This document shows positions 1-10,136 of a stretch of 64,000 nucleotides of DNA, piece after piece. This DNA comes from Nitrospirota bacterium (lineage in GTDB: Bacteria > Nitrospirota > UBA9217). The position numbers were made by a program, and so were the translations under genes. The stretch lies in contig CAWJQQ010000009.1 in NCBI GenBank assembly GCA_963845065.1, forward strand, positions 928,001 to 992,000, written 5' to 3'. Below the pieces are notes generated by a model. That model worked only from the letters and a program-made list of their open reading frames with translations, did not search any database and was not told the DNA's origin. Within the stretch, counting starts at the first letter, position 1, and the number at the start of each line of letters is the position of its first letter.

Positions 1-499
1 TGAGAATTTTATCTCGAAATTCCTCAGCTCGTCCGTTTCGGATATAGAAGATAAGGAAACAGACATTAATTCCTTGCTGAAGAAAATAGAGGTTTTTATT
101 TCGCTGCAGATTTATACACGGAACATCCAGTCTTTTTTTGAGTTCGGGGAAATACCACCCGTCATCATTAATTCGTTTCACCTGGAGCAAGCGATTCTCA
201 ATGTCATCAATAACGCTATAGATGCCATGGGTAACGGCGGCCAGTTGAGGATCGGCACATCTACAGAAGAACGCGGCGGGAAGATTTACGTCGTGGTTTC
301 CGTTGCCGATACAGGTCAGGGGATGGTGCATAAACGCATCGGCGAGCTTTCTTCAGATCAAGAGGGCAACGGAAGAGGTTTCGGCCTCTTCATCACTTAC
401 GAAATATTAAAGCATTACCATGGCCATCTGGAGATTGACAGCAAAATGAATTGTGGAACGACGATCAAGCTTTTCATTCCATCTCGATCCAAAGTGTGA
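1..499 (+). CDS. Sensor histidine kinase, 3' part (HATPase_c); 5'-truncated by window edge; copy 1
   Basis: N-box LEQAILNVINNAIDAM, DTGQG and GRGFGL G-boxes; nucleotide near-identical to 17561-18059. Confidence 0.92.
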   Translation, partial: ENFISKFLSSSVSDIEDKETDINSLLKKIEVFISLQIYTRNIQSFFEFGEIPPVIINSFHLEQAILNVINNAIDAMGNGGQLRIGTSTEERGGKIYVVVSVADTGQGMVHKRIGELSSDQEGNGRGFGLFITYEILKHYHGHLEIDSKMNCGTTIKLFIPSRSKV

Positions 500-1367
500 G
501 GGATGCTATTATGACTGCGGCAAACGGCAAAAAAGTACTCATTGTTGATGATGAAGCAAATGCGCGTAAGGTGCTGTCGGCGATATTACAGCAAGAGGGC
601 TATCACGTTCATGAATCAATGAGCGTTGACCACGCCGTGGGGCTTATGCACAGCGAAGATGTAGATGCCGTTATCACCGACCTGAAAATGCCCAACAAGG
701 ACGGCTTCCAGCTGTTTAACTACATTTCCCAGCATCATCCGCATACTCCGGTTGTATTTTTGACCGCATATGGTTCCGTGGAGTCCGCAGTAAATGCCAT
801 GACCAGCGGCGCCTATTATTACTTCATCAAGCCGCCTGATTATTCAAAGCTCAAAAATGTCCTTGCAACGGCGATAGAAACGAGCTCAGTTCACAAAAAA
901 TTTGAGGACCTGAAAAAGAAATCGTCCCGGGAAAGCAATTCCCCCAGTTTTATCGGGCAATCACCGTCGATGGTGAGCATTATGAAAACCATTGAAATGG
1001 TCAAAGACTCGGAAAGCAGCGTGCTCATCCAGGGGGAAACCGGTACGGGGAAAGAGGTAATCGCGTCCAACCTGCATTACCTCAGTAAACGCTTCAACAA
1101 GCCCTTTGTCGCTATAAACTGCGCCGCGATACCCCGAGAGCTCATCGAATCGGAGCTTTTCGGCTATGAGAAAGGCGCTTTTACTGGTGCGACGACATCG
1201 AGGACAGGAAAATTCGAGGAAGCCATGGGCGGCACGATGTTTCTTGATGAGATCGGAGAACTTGATATCTCCGTACAAGCCAAGCTTCTTCGGGTCTTGC
1301 AGGAACGGGAGATCGTGCGGCTTGGAACGAACAATAGATTTAAGGTCAACTTCAGGCTTGTCTCATC
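1..1367 (+). repeat. Direct repeat copy A (>=1.37 kb) of 17561-18927
   Basis: Line-by-line match at offset 17,560 with scattered substitutions; near-identity ends at ...GTCTCATC (1367/18927). Confidence 0.95.
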
Positions 1368-1863
1368 AACGAATAAGAACCTCAAACAGGAGGTGGAACA
1401 AGGCAGATTTCGAGAAGATCTATTTTACCGTCTCAACGTCGTAAAGATAAGCGTACCCCCCCTTCGTGAACGGAAAGAGGATATACCATTGCTTGCAGCA
1501 GAGTTCGTACATACGTTTTCGATCCGTGAAAACAGGCCATTCTTCTTTAGCGATGAAGTCATGGAAATTTTAATGCAATACGACTGGCCTGGAAATGTCC
1601 GGCAACTTAGGAACATCATTGAAAGGGCCGCAGTCCTTGCACGAGGTGAGCGCATAACGATACACGAGCTACCGGAAGAATTCAATAGCCATCGTCAGCA
1701 CCTACCGGCCGACAGCGCCGTAAAACCACTGAAAGTACTGGAACGCCAAGCCATTACCGAGGCACTTCAGGTATTTCACGGCAACAAATCCAAGGCCGCA
1801 CTCAATCTTGGTATATCGAGAAAGACTTTCTATAAGAGACTTAGCGAACTAGCCCTTTCATAA
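511..1863 (+). CDS. Sigma54-dependent response regulator (REC-AAA+-Fis HTH, NtrC/AtoC family), copy 1
   Basis: REC (LIVDDE, ITDLKMP), Walker A GETGTGKE, GAFTGA loop, FLDEIGE, WPGNVRQL, HTH GNKSKAALNLGISRKTFY; ATG 511 preferred to ORF-track start 451. Confidence 0.95.
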   Translation: MTAANGKKVLIVDDEANARKVLSAILQQEGYHVHESMSVDHAVGLMHSEDVDAVITDLKMPNKDGFQLFNYISQHHPHTPVVFLTAYGSVESAVNAMTSGAYYYFIKPPDYSKLKNVLATAIETSSVHKKFEDLKKKSSRESNSPSFIGQSPSMVSIMKTIEMVKDSESSVLIQGETGTGKEVIASNLHYLSKRFNKPFVAINCAAIPRELIESELFGYEKGAFTGATTSRTGKFEEAMGGTMFLDEIGELDISVQAKLLRVLQEREIVRLGTNNRFKVNFRLVSSTNKNLKQEVEQGRFREDLFYRLNVVKISVPPLRERKEDIPLLAAEFVHTFSIRENRPFFFSDEVMEILMQYDWPGNVRQLRNIIERAAVLARGERITIHELPEEFNSHRQHLPADSAVKPLKVLERQAITEALQVFHGNKSKAALNLGISRKTFYKRLSELALS

Positions 1864-1902
1864 TTGCCCCAAAAAGATTGTCATAAAATCGACTACTTTA
1901 AC

Positions 1903-3033
1903 TTATCACCCGGAATTCCTCTTTCGAAAGGGAGGTGATGAAAGGCGACATTTTTAACAAGATTTGATCCACGTACTATCTTTTACAGTACTGCAATGTT
2001 GAAAATAAAAACATATAAGTACCGCCTTTATCCTACGAAAAAACAAACATTGATTCTCACTCAAACCCTTGATGCCTGTCGGATACTCTATAATTCATGT
2101 ATCGTAGACAGAAAAAACGCTTTTAAAAAGACCGGCAAGAGGCCTACCAGGATACGATAGGAGGAGATCCTTAAGAGCGACAAAACCAGAATAAATTCCG
2201 TTGATGGCATCCACTCTCAAGTTCTACAGAATGTTTTGTTCCGCGTTGACCGGTCCTTTCAGAATTTCTTTCGCAGGGTTAAAGACAAGTCCGGGAAAGC
2301 CGGTTACCCGAGGTTTAAGGGTATAGGACAGTACGACTCCCATCCATTATCCACAGGTTCCAGGGTTCGAGCTAACGCCGCAGGGTCTTAAACTTTCCAA
2401 GATAGGAACCATCAAGACAACGCTTCACCGCCCTATCGTTGGATATCAAAACCTGTACGGTAAAAAGAGAACTCGATAAATGGTATGCCTGTTTCGGCGT
2501 TGAGTATTCGCCAATTCCCAGACCTGCATCTGATAAGGCCGTCGGGATAGACGTAGGCATCTATAACTTCGCTGTCCTTTCTACGGATGAAGCGATAGAA
2601 AACTCCAGGCACCTGCGAACTGCGGAGAGAAAACTCAAAAAGAAGCAACGCAGGTATTCCAAAAACAGGGGAAGTCTCGCGTCGTACTTGCAAAGCTTCA
2701 CCGGAAGGTCCGCAGAAATGAATGTGGGGACATTTTCTCAATTTATCTTGCATACAAAGCGGAAGAAGCTGGGTGCAAGTTTGAGATAGTCGCTCCTCAC
2801 CACACAAGCATCATTTACAGCCGTTGTGGAGAACCAGTCCCCAAAACACTTGCCGAAAGGATGCATAGTTGCCCCTTCTGTAAGACCGTTCTGGAACGGG
2901 ACCACAACGCCGCAATAAATATTCTGAGAAAGTCTACTGCATGAACTGCCGAAATCTACGCTTGGGGAGCGGCTGTGCATCAATGCCTCTCAACGAACCA
3001 AAAAGCCTCGTCCGTAAGGGCGAAGTAGTTCAC
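1903..3033 (+). mobile_element. Decayed tnpB-only IS200/IS605-family (IS1341-like) element
   Basis: Left-end-like hairpin at ~1905-1948; broken tnpB; right-end hairpin AAGCCTCGTCCGTAAGGGCGAAGTAGTTCAC ending in TCAC at 3033; left boundary approximate. Confidence 0.8.
1996..2944 (+). pseudogene. tnpB: tnpB pseudogene (stop codon, frameshifts, internal deletion)
   Basis: MLKIKTYKYRLYPTKKQ N-terminus, TAG at 2158-2160, GYPRFKG, RuvC-I AVGIDVG, zinc ribbon RCG...HSCPFC and ERDHNAAINIL in different frames; RuvC-II segment not seen. Confidence 0.88.
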
Positions 3034-3271
3034 GGTGCTCATTATGCAGCAACAACATAATTATTGTTTTGATATTAAGAGGACAAACGTTCATTTTTCT
3101 GATATAATGAACGACAAAGGTTGAGCCTGCTATACAAACCCGCTGGTTTCAGACGAAAAACCACCCTGTCGATCATGACATTCAAGCAAAACGACGTTGT
3201 ATGGAACCTACGTAATTTGCGATCCGTTTCATGCACTTCCTATGGTGTTTCTAGGGACGAAAGGTGAAAAA

Positions 3272-3763
3272 ATGAACATCGAGATCTCCGTAAAAGAATA
3301 CCGCGACCTTCTGGACATCCTGCATATCGCCGATGTGATTATGTCCGGACATCGGAAAGAGGAGGACAAGCGCAGTGTTCGGCACCGTGAGCTCATCCAG
3401 AAACTCTACGCACTTGCGGCGGGTGAAGGTCCTGACCGGCTGATCAGTTATAACGAGAGCGCACGCACCTATGGCCCGACGGCAGAATTTGAAGAAAGCA
3501 GCTTGGCGCACAAGTTGATCGACGAGTTCGGAGATCATCTCTTCTGGGATGGGCTGATCTCCCGATTATCATTCCGTGACGCGGCAGAGATTGCGGGTGG
3601 GAAAGATCGCCTCAATGCAATGAGCGACAGCGAACGTCAGGCAGCGGAAGGACCCATTCGACAGCGATACATCGAGGAATTCTCAAAGAATGGTATTGTC
3701 AATCTGGCCGTCATCCAGCGGTTCGACATTGGTGGTGGGATATCGGTAAAGACTTCGGACTAA
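3272..3763 (+). CDS. Hypothetical protein (~163 aa)
   Basis: Long ORF with normal composition; ATG 3272 follows AAGGTG RBS-like sequence; no recognised motif. Confidence 0.65.
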   Translation: MNIEISVKEYRDLLDILHIADVIMSGHRKEEDKRSVRHRELIQKLYALAAGEGPDRLISYNESARTYGPTAEFEESSLAHKLIDEFGDHLFWDGLISRLSFRDAAEIAGGKDRLNAMSDSERQAAEGPIRQRYIEEFSKNGIVNLAVIQRFDIGGGISVKTSD

Positions 3764-3955
3764 TCTCTTTGAAACTGCGCTCAATACAGAGTGCATGCTT
3801 ACAGGCTTTGTAGATCTTTCGGCAGTTTATTTCAAAAGTCTTCAGCAAAACAAGATAGAAGCTAGTCGTATGATACTGATAAGATCCTCGTGAGCAACAT
3901 ATAGTCCGAGTAATTAGTGATGAGCAAACCAGAGTTACGCAGCTTTTATCTCAAT

Positions 3956-3997
3956 GTGCCGTAAGACCCCGGCCGTGTAACCGGGGATATAAGGCGC
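3956..3997 (+). mobile_element. Orphan IS200/IS605-like end hairpin
   Basis: GTGCCGTAAGACCCCGG-CCGTGTAA-CCGGGGATATAAGGCGC; resembles IS605 left-end hairpins; no transposase adjacent. Confidence 0.45.
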
Positions 3998-4070
3998 TGG
4001 AGGATGTCAAGTACCCATCAAAAGTTCTTATTTCCCGTTAATTACGATTATTTGTATGCATATCATTGTT

Positions 4071-4105
4071 TAATGCCCTCAGCCAGAGTCTGGCTGAGGG
4101 CATTA
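4071..4105. terminator. Perfect 17-bp inverted repeat downstream of the minus-strand OM protein gene
   Basis: TAATGCCCTCAGCCAGA-G-TCTGGCTGAGGGCATTA, 21 nt after the stop at 4127; no U-tract. Confidence 0.55.
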
Positions 4106-4126
4106 GCATCCTAGCAGGTAATTTCC

Positions 4127-5161
4127 TTAGAATGAATAACGCACACCTAAAGAGGCAGTGTAATGCGGCGCGAGTTGTATTCCATAGAGTTCCTGATAGA
4201 GGGGGTATTGATAGAAGGCGTATACCGAAACCTGCTGATTGATCGACACAGAGATGCCAGGGCTGATATAGAGCAATATTCCGCCTGTATTGAGTTCATC
4301 CGCGTTCGATCCCACATCATGCTGAACGTACCGATAGTTTAGCTGAAGGATGGGGCCAACATTGGGAATGCCGGCGAATCGCAAACCCACGTTAAAGTTG
4401 AAGCCGTCGCCCGGTCTGTAGTCATCTCTTGAGTCCAACGCCTTTTGAAACAACGCCTGAGTGAAGTAATCAAAGTTCTGGTTCAGGCCATCAGCATAAT
4501 ATGCGCCCAGTATTACATCGGTGGTGCCGGTACCCGGTTCCAAGCCGCGGTCAATTGCAACCGGGCCAGGCGCGTTCGGATCAGTCGAGTTTCCTGTGTC
4601 AGTATAGCTTCCAGTTGGCAGCTTGATTCCATAGAGAATGCCAAACCTGCACTGTGGAGTAAAGCCTTGGTAGCGGCCGATTATTTTTATATCGCCAAAA
4701 CTGGAAGTATGTGAGTCGTATTGTCCTCCACCAGGTCCTGCAGTAGAACCGTCCGATGCAGTACCCAGCGTACTGTGCTTTCTGTCGATATAGGGTGCTT
4801 GAATATTAACGCCCCAGTCGCGGCTTACGCTGTAGTCGATTCCCAAGGTGAGGTAATTGTTAATAGTGTATTTCTCGACTTCCGCCGGACTACCGTTGAT
4901 CATGACCTGGCTGGCGGCCGTGGGTGAAATCGGTTTGACCCCGCTCCGAAGCTGGTCTTGATCAATATAGTTGTAGCTTAAATCAAGCTTAAGTCCCGAC
5001 GTAGAAGAAAACTGCAGATTTTCCCAATCATTACTCAATGTACATCCACAGCTTGCACAGGCCTTTGCATTGCCTGAAGATAAGAGCAAGGCGATTGAAG
5101 CCATAATGAATGCGGCTGTGTTGTTTATTAATGTTAGCATAAAAAAAGTCTTTTGTTGCAC
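4127..5161 (-). CDS. Outer-membrane beta-barrel protein with N-terminal CASCGC motif (putative metal-related transporter); start uncertain
   Basis: Signal-peptide-like ...GNAKA|CASCGC, alternating beta-strands, SSFGDI and GIKLPTG motifs, C-terminal YSF. Confidence 0.75.
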   Translation of the reverse strand: MQQKTFFMLTLINNTAAFIMASIALLLSSGNAKACASCGCTLSNDWENLQFSSTSGLKLDLSYNYIDQDQLRSGVKPISPTAASQVMINGSPAEVEKYTINNYLTLGIDYSVSRDWGVNIQAPYIDRKHSTLGTASDGSTAGPGGGQYDSHTSSFGDIKIIGRYQGFTPQCRFGILYGIKLPTGSYTDTGNSTDPNAPGPVAIDRGLEPGTGTTDVILGAYYADGLNQNFDYFTQALFQKALDSRDDYRPGDGFNFNVGLRFAGIPNVGPILQLNYRYVQHDVGSNADELNTGGILLYISPGISVSINQQVSVYAFYQYPLYQELYGIQLAPHYTASLGVRYSF

Positions 5162-5215
5162 CTGCTGAGTGATAAATATTTTTCATCCGCATGGTGCAAT
5201 CTCCTCGTTTAAATG

Positions 5216-5707
5216 TTATTGTTGTTTCAACAACTTGTCGATTTCTTTTTCATACATCTGCAGAAACTCCTTGCCGAAACCCAAATGCATATAGCGTATA
5301 ACTCCGTCTCGACCGATTACGAATGCTGTCGGCAATGTTCTAAAATTGTATGCCCATCTGATGTTGTCTTTTTTGTCTATCAGAATCGTAAAAGTGACCG
5401 AGACTTTTTGAAGAAATTCAGTCACCTGCTTTTCCGACGTATCAATACCTATGCCGATAACTTCGAGGCCGTCTTTGGTGTATTTTTTATACAACGCGTC
5501 GAGCGCAGGAAGCTCTTCCCGGCACTGATCACACCAGGGAGCCCAAAAATCCAGGAATACCACCTTGCCCTTGAACTGCTGCAGACTGACTGATTTCCCT
5601 GTCAAATCTGGTAAACTGAATTCAGGCGCGATTGACCCGACCTGGCCTGCATAAGCGAAGGCTGGCAGCAGCATCGCGAGCAACAGTGTAGTAATGAGGA
5701 CTTTCAT
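5216..5707 (-). CDS. TlpA/ResA-family thiol-disulfide oxidoreductase
   Basis: Signal peptide, APEFSLPDL, FWAPWCDQCREE (CxxC), LPTAFVIGRDG. Confidence 0.92.
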   Translation of the reverse strand: MKVLITTLLLAMLLPAFAYAGQVGSIAPEFSLPDLTGKSVSLQQFKGKVVFLDFWAPWCDQCREELPALDALYKKYTKDGLEVIGIGIDTSEKQVTEFLQKVSVTFTILIDKKDNIRWAYNFRTLPTAFVIGRDGVIRYMHLGFGKEFLQMYEKEIDKLLKQQ

Positions 5708-6025
5708 TGAGTGTTCTCCTAAAATGAGTATACATTGGATTTCTGCATATTTTTACCGTCAAATACCGAATAAACATTAATCAATATACAAATATCATTT
5801 TTTTACTCTTAAGCTGCTTCTATGACCAAAATTTAATTATACCAACAAAAATCATTCACTTTCAGAAACAATGGCTGATAAATGTCTAGTGATTTTTTCC
5901 CAATGCAAAACGAGCTGTTAAGTGTAACTTATAATTGAGAACAATCCCAGAGATGCACTTAAGAGGCACATGTGCACGTACATCTCCAAAGCAGGCTCAC
6001 TCGAGACTTCGGTATCAAGTGCAGA

Positions 6026-6307
6026 TTAAGCTTTTGGAGGCCGGTCGTTTTGAAAGGCGATAAAGAAAGGTCTACGAGGGCTTAAGACTTCAGAAAATTT
6101 CTGAAGACATAGGGGGATAAGCTGATAGGAGCACTCATTCACGCAGGGCATATTCCCCGATAATGATAGGGCAGGATTACCTGCGTGGCATATGTCAAGA
6201 GTACCAATCATGGCGTTGCCGTTATGACCGCATGTAAGAGAAAAGGAAGGCGGTACGAAGATGCTTAGGGCAATTGCTAGAAGCACAATGACAGTTTGCC
6301 ATTTCAT
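6026..6307 (-). CDS. Small secreted Cys-rich protein with C-terminal RPP motif (DUF2946/CruR/CutF-like leader)
   Basis: Hydrophobic N-terminus, LDICH, PCVNEC, ends DRPPKA; upstream of TlpA and OM barrel on the same strand. Confidence 0.6.
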   Translation of the reverse strand: MKWQTVIVLLAIALSIFVPPSFSLTCGHNGNAMIGTLDICHAGNPALSLSGNMPCVNECSYQLIPLCLQKFSEVLSPRRPFFIAFQNDRPPKA

Positions 6308-6690
6308 AAAATAATCTTAAAGCTATACTTGCAATTTGTCAACAGAAAGATGCAGTTTCTAAATTGCCGTTTATCCCAGTTCTCTGTTCATCAGACAGGA
6401 ATACATGGTGCGCGTGATATCTCTAGCCAATAACACGGAGTCCCGTTCAGGGTACTGTCATTTTTCTTACGCTGGGTGCTTTCCTGGCAATGGTGGCTCC
6501 ACAGAGCTATGGAAATCGCTGTTTAGAATTGTGATTCTCTGAAGATGTGGTTACAATGAGACTAATTATGCCGATGATTTCCAGGCCTCTTCCCGTATAA
6601 TGCCGTTGCCTATTCGGCTTGACTTTCTTGACACATGCTACAATAATAGGGTCAAAGTGAATAGATAGTGAATCATGCCGGGGCGTAGTC

Positions 6691-6895
6691 ATGAAACAGA
6701 ATACCATGCGGAACATTCCCGATGAGGTTAGAGAGACGGTACAGTTAGTGGCTAAGCGAGTAAAAAGGGACACCAATTCCCATGGATGACCCGTGCGTTG
6801 CCGCGACAGCAATGCAGTATGGGATCAAGGTGCTGAACACCGATGGCCACTACCGCACTGTTCTGCATATAATTGTGGAATGCTACAGCGAGTAA
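6691..6895 (+). pseudogene. Collapsed FitA/VapBC toxin-antitoxin relic
   Basis: MKQNTMRNIPDEV (RHH antitoxin-like start) joined to KGTPIP and, in another frame, DDPCVAATAMQYGIKVLNTDGHY (PIN C-terminus). Confidence 0.65.
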
Positions 6896-7037
6896 ATAAG
6901 AGGCGGGAGTCTTTATGGTCGGATCTCTCTTCTTGTTGTCCATTTTCATTCTTTTTGGGTTTTATGATCTTCAGCACAACTGTTGTTTGGTTTAGCAGCA
7001 CCATTATGTGCAATCGTTATCGAACAAATGAGAGGGC

Positions 7038-9737
7038 GTGATGTTCAAAAAAATTCCGAGGAACGTAATACTCATATCGGCCGTTTGTGTGGCGTTTATT
7101 CTCCTTGCCAGTGTGCGCGAGGTTGTCTCCTTCATGGTGGACTGGAAGTTTTTCCAGGAGGTCGGCTTTAACGCGATCTTCACCAAGACATACGAGACAA
7201 AACTGCTGATTGGGCTTGTCTTTGGGGCGATAACCTTTCTCATGCTCTACATAAACCTCATCATAGCGGTGAAACGCAAGCTCCCGCTCGGCATGGTGAG
7301 TCCGATATGGGATAACATACCGCAGTTGCAGAACATTGATCTTAACCGCGTGATGAACGGGGTGTCGCTCCTCGTGGCCCTCGCTGGATCAGTGATTGCC
7401 TTTTCCATCGGTACGCAGTACTGGGACCAGGCGCTCCTGTTCCTAAACAGCATTCCTGCGGGAGTTGCGGATCCGCTCTTTGGCAGGGATATCTCATTCT
7501 TTCTCTTTCAATATCCATTTATAGACGCAATGAACACGATGGTGCGCAGCCTTCTCATAATTGCCGCTATCCTGGTATCGGTGATCTATTTGCTGCGGGG
7601 CGGCCTCGTTATATCCAACAGGTTCATCTCCGCGGCTCCCATTATGAAGCGGCACCTCGGTGTTCTGGCATCGCTGTTCTTTTTGAGCCTCGCGTACGGA
7701 TTTGTCCTTGATCGATTTGGCCTGCTCTTCAGCGAGCACAGCGTCCTGTACGGCGCCTCGTACACTGACGTACATGTCCGTCTTGTGATGTTGTCTGTTA
7801 TGGCAGTGCTCGCAATCGCAATGGCAATCGTTGTATCCATCTTTGCCACGCACCGCTCCCTTTCAGTGCCGCTCATCAGTCTGGTCGCGTTTGCAGCAGT
7901 GTACTTCGTGGGCCTGAAAATGTATCCTGCGGCGATACAAAACTTCAAGGTCTCGCCGAACGAGAGTGTGCTGGAACAGCCATATATCACGAACCACATA
8001 AAGTTCACCCGCCTGGGCTACGGCCTTGATAATATTGAAATGCAGCCCTTTGCTGCGAACAAACAGTTGACCTTTACGGACATTCGAAAGAATCTTCCCA
8101 CGATCCAGAACATCAAGCTTTGGGATGAAGAGCCGCTTCTCAAAACCTATAGCCAGTTGCAGCAAATTCGGACATACTACCATTTCCGAAGTGTGGACAA
8201 CGACCGCTACACTGTGAACGGCGATTATCTTCAGGTCATGCTCTCCCCACGGGAACTGTCCTACGCGGATCTTCCGGGAAAGTCATGGATCAACGAGCGG
8301 CTTGTTTTCACACATGGCTTCGGCTTAGCCATGGGGCCGGTAAGCGGCATCACTAAGGAGGGCCTGCCCGAGTTCTATATTAAGGACATCCCACCGACAA
8401 CAAGCGCAGGGCCGCAAGTGACCCGTCCCGAGATCTACTATGGCGAGAGCCCAAACGATTACGTGATCGTGAATACCAAGACCAAAGAGTTCAGCTACCC
8501 GACGACCAAGGAGAACGTCTATACGGCCTACTCCGGTCGCGGGGGCGTCCGGCTCACATCGACCCTGTCGCGGCTCCTCTATGCCGCATACTTCGGAAAC
8601 TTCAATATTTTCTTGTCTAGCGATGTGACGAACGAAAGCCGGATACTCTATAACCGCACCATCATGGACCGGGTAATGGAGATTGCACCGTTCCTGTCCT
8701 TTGATTCCGACCCGTACATGGTCATTCGCGACGACGGAAAATTGGCCTGGATTATCGACGCATACACGCAGAGCCGTAGTTTGCCTTATTCAAAGCCACT
8801 TCCGAGCGGGATCAACTATCTTCGCAACTCGATCAAGGTGGTCGTGGACGCTTATGACGGCAGTGTCGTGTTCTATGTTGTAGATCAGAAGGATATCATG
8901 GCAAAGACTTATGCCGCGATCTTCCCGACGCTTTTTAAGCCTCTCGCCGAGATGCCGGTTGACCTCAGGAGGCACATACGCTATCCGAGGGCGCTGCTCC
9001 AGATACAGGCACAGATGTTCAAGACCTTCCACATGACTGACCCCGCTGTGTTTTACAACAAGGAAGACCTCTGGGAGGTGCCATCATACCGACAGAAGAT
9101 CATGGACCCTTACTACCAGATCACGAAGCTTCCCGGCCATCAGGCGGAAGAGTTCATCCTGCTCCTGCCCTTTACGCCGTCGAAGAGGGACAACCTGGCT
9201 GCGTGGATGGCAGCACGGTGTGACGGAGAGAACTATGGCCAGGTCATTGTTTATACTTTTCCACGCGACCGACTGGTCTTCGGGCCGCGGCAGATCGACG
9301 CGCGTATCGACCAGGATGCCTATATCTCCCAGCAGCTGACACTCTGGGGCCAGCACGGCTCAGATGTGATCCGCGGAAGTCTCCTCATCATCCCAATCGA
9401 AGACTCGCTCATCTACGTACAGCCCCTGTACCTAGTGGCAACCGACAAGGGGGGCCTGCCGGAACTCCGTAGGGTTATCGTTGCGTATGGAAACGATGTC
9501 GTGATGGAAGAAACGCTCGAGGCCGCGATACAGCGTCTGTTCTCCGGCACGTTGCCGAGCATGAGTATGGTTGAGAAAGGCTCAGCCTCATCAGTTGCGC
9601 GGCAGCCCAAAGAGTTAAGTGCTCGGGCTCTGGAGCAACTGCACCAGGCTCGGGAGGCGATTCGGAAAGAGGATTGGGTCGGGTACGGGAAGTATCTGAA
9701 GGAGTTAGAAGAGACACTGCAGGAGATGGCGAAGTAG
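7038..9737 (+). CDS. UPF0182 family membrane protein
   Basis: 899 aa, multiple TM helices, DPLFGRDISFFLF, WINERLVFTHGFG, NYLRNSIKVVVDAYDG, GSLLIIPIE, LPELRRVIV. Confidence 0.93.
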   Translation: MMFKKIPRNVILISAVCVAFILLASVREVVSFMVDWKFFQEVGFNAIFTKTYETKLLIGLVFGAITFLMLYINLIIAVKRKLPLGMVSPIWDNIPQLQNIDLNRVMNGVSLLVALAGSVIAFSIGTQYWDQALLFLNSIPAGVADPLFGRDISFFLFQYPFIDAMNTMVRSLLIIAAILVSVIYLLRGGLVISNRFISAAPIMKRHLGVLASLFFLSLAYGFVLDRFGLLFSEHSVLYGASYTDVHVRLVMLSVMAVLAIAMAIVVSIFATHRSLSVPLISLVAFAAVYFVGLKMYPAAIQNFKVSPNESVLEQPYITNHIKFTRLGYGLDNIEMQPFAANKQLTFTDIRKNLPTIQNIKLWDEEPLLKTYSQLQQIRTYYHFRSVDNDRYTVNGDYLQVMLSPRELSYADLPGKSWINERLVFTHGFGLAMGPVSGITKEGLPEFYIKDIPPTTSAGPQVTRPEIYYGESPNDYVIVNTKTKEFSYPTTKENVYTAYSGRGGVRLTSTLSRLLYAAYFGNFNIFLSSDVTNESRILYNRTIMDRVMEIAPFLSFDSDPYMVIRDDGKLAWIIDAYTQSRSLPYSKPLPSGINYLRNSIKVVVDAYDGSVVFYVVDQKDIMAKTYAAIFPTLFKPLAEMPVDLRRHIRYPRALLQIQAQMFKTFHMTDPAVFYNKEDLWEVPSYRQKIMDPYYQITKLPGHQAEEFILLLPFTPSKRDNLAAWMAARCDGENYGQVIVYTFPRDRLVFGPRQIDARIDQDAYISQQLTLWGQHGSDVIRGSLLIIPIEDSLIYVQPLYLVATDKGGLPELRRVIVAYGNDVVMEETLEAAIQRLFSGTLPSMSMVEKGSASSVARQPKELSARALEQLHQAREAIRKEDWVGYGKYLKELEETLQEMAK

Positions 9738-10136
9738 GTTCTTATTTCGGTTTGCGGGAATCCCGGCTGATGGAGCTAATTAAATAAGACCAATCGTATC
9801 GTTGCGATTAGATTCTAGTGCATTTATCTTATAGAATCTGCTTATATTGACTTTCAATTTTTGCAGACTCAGGATAGTCAAAGCGCGTGGGCACATCCTG
9901 TATTGAACAGATGTTGCATATTTGTGGAAATAGTAAAGTACATGTTGATATTGATAAGGCCCTGGAGCCACTCAGGGCCTTGGTCATTATAAATCAAAAG
10001 GTGCAAGCATTTGCTACAATCTCTTTAAATTTCAGTAAAACGCGGTAAAACGCCACAGGGCTCGATCTCCCCGATTCTGTATCAGTTCTTGATGGAAGAG
10101 TGACCATTCAAGGAAGGGATCTGTCTAATAGCGTTG

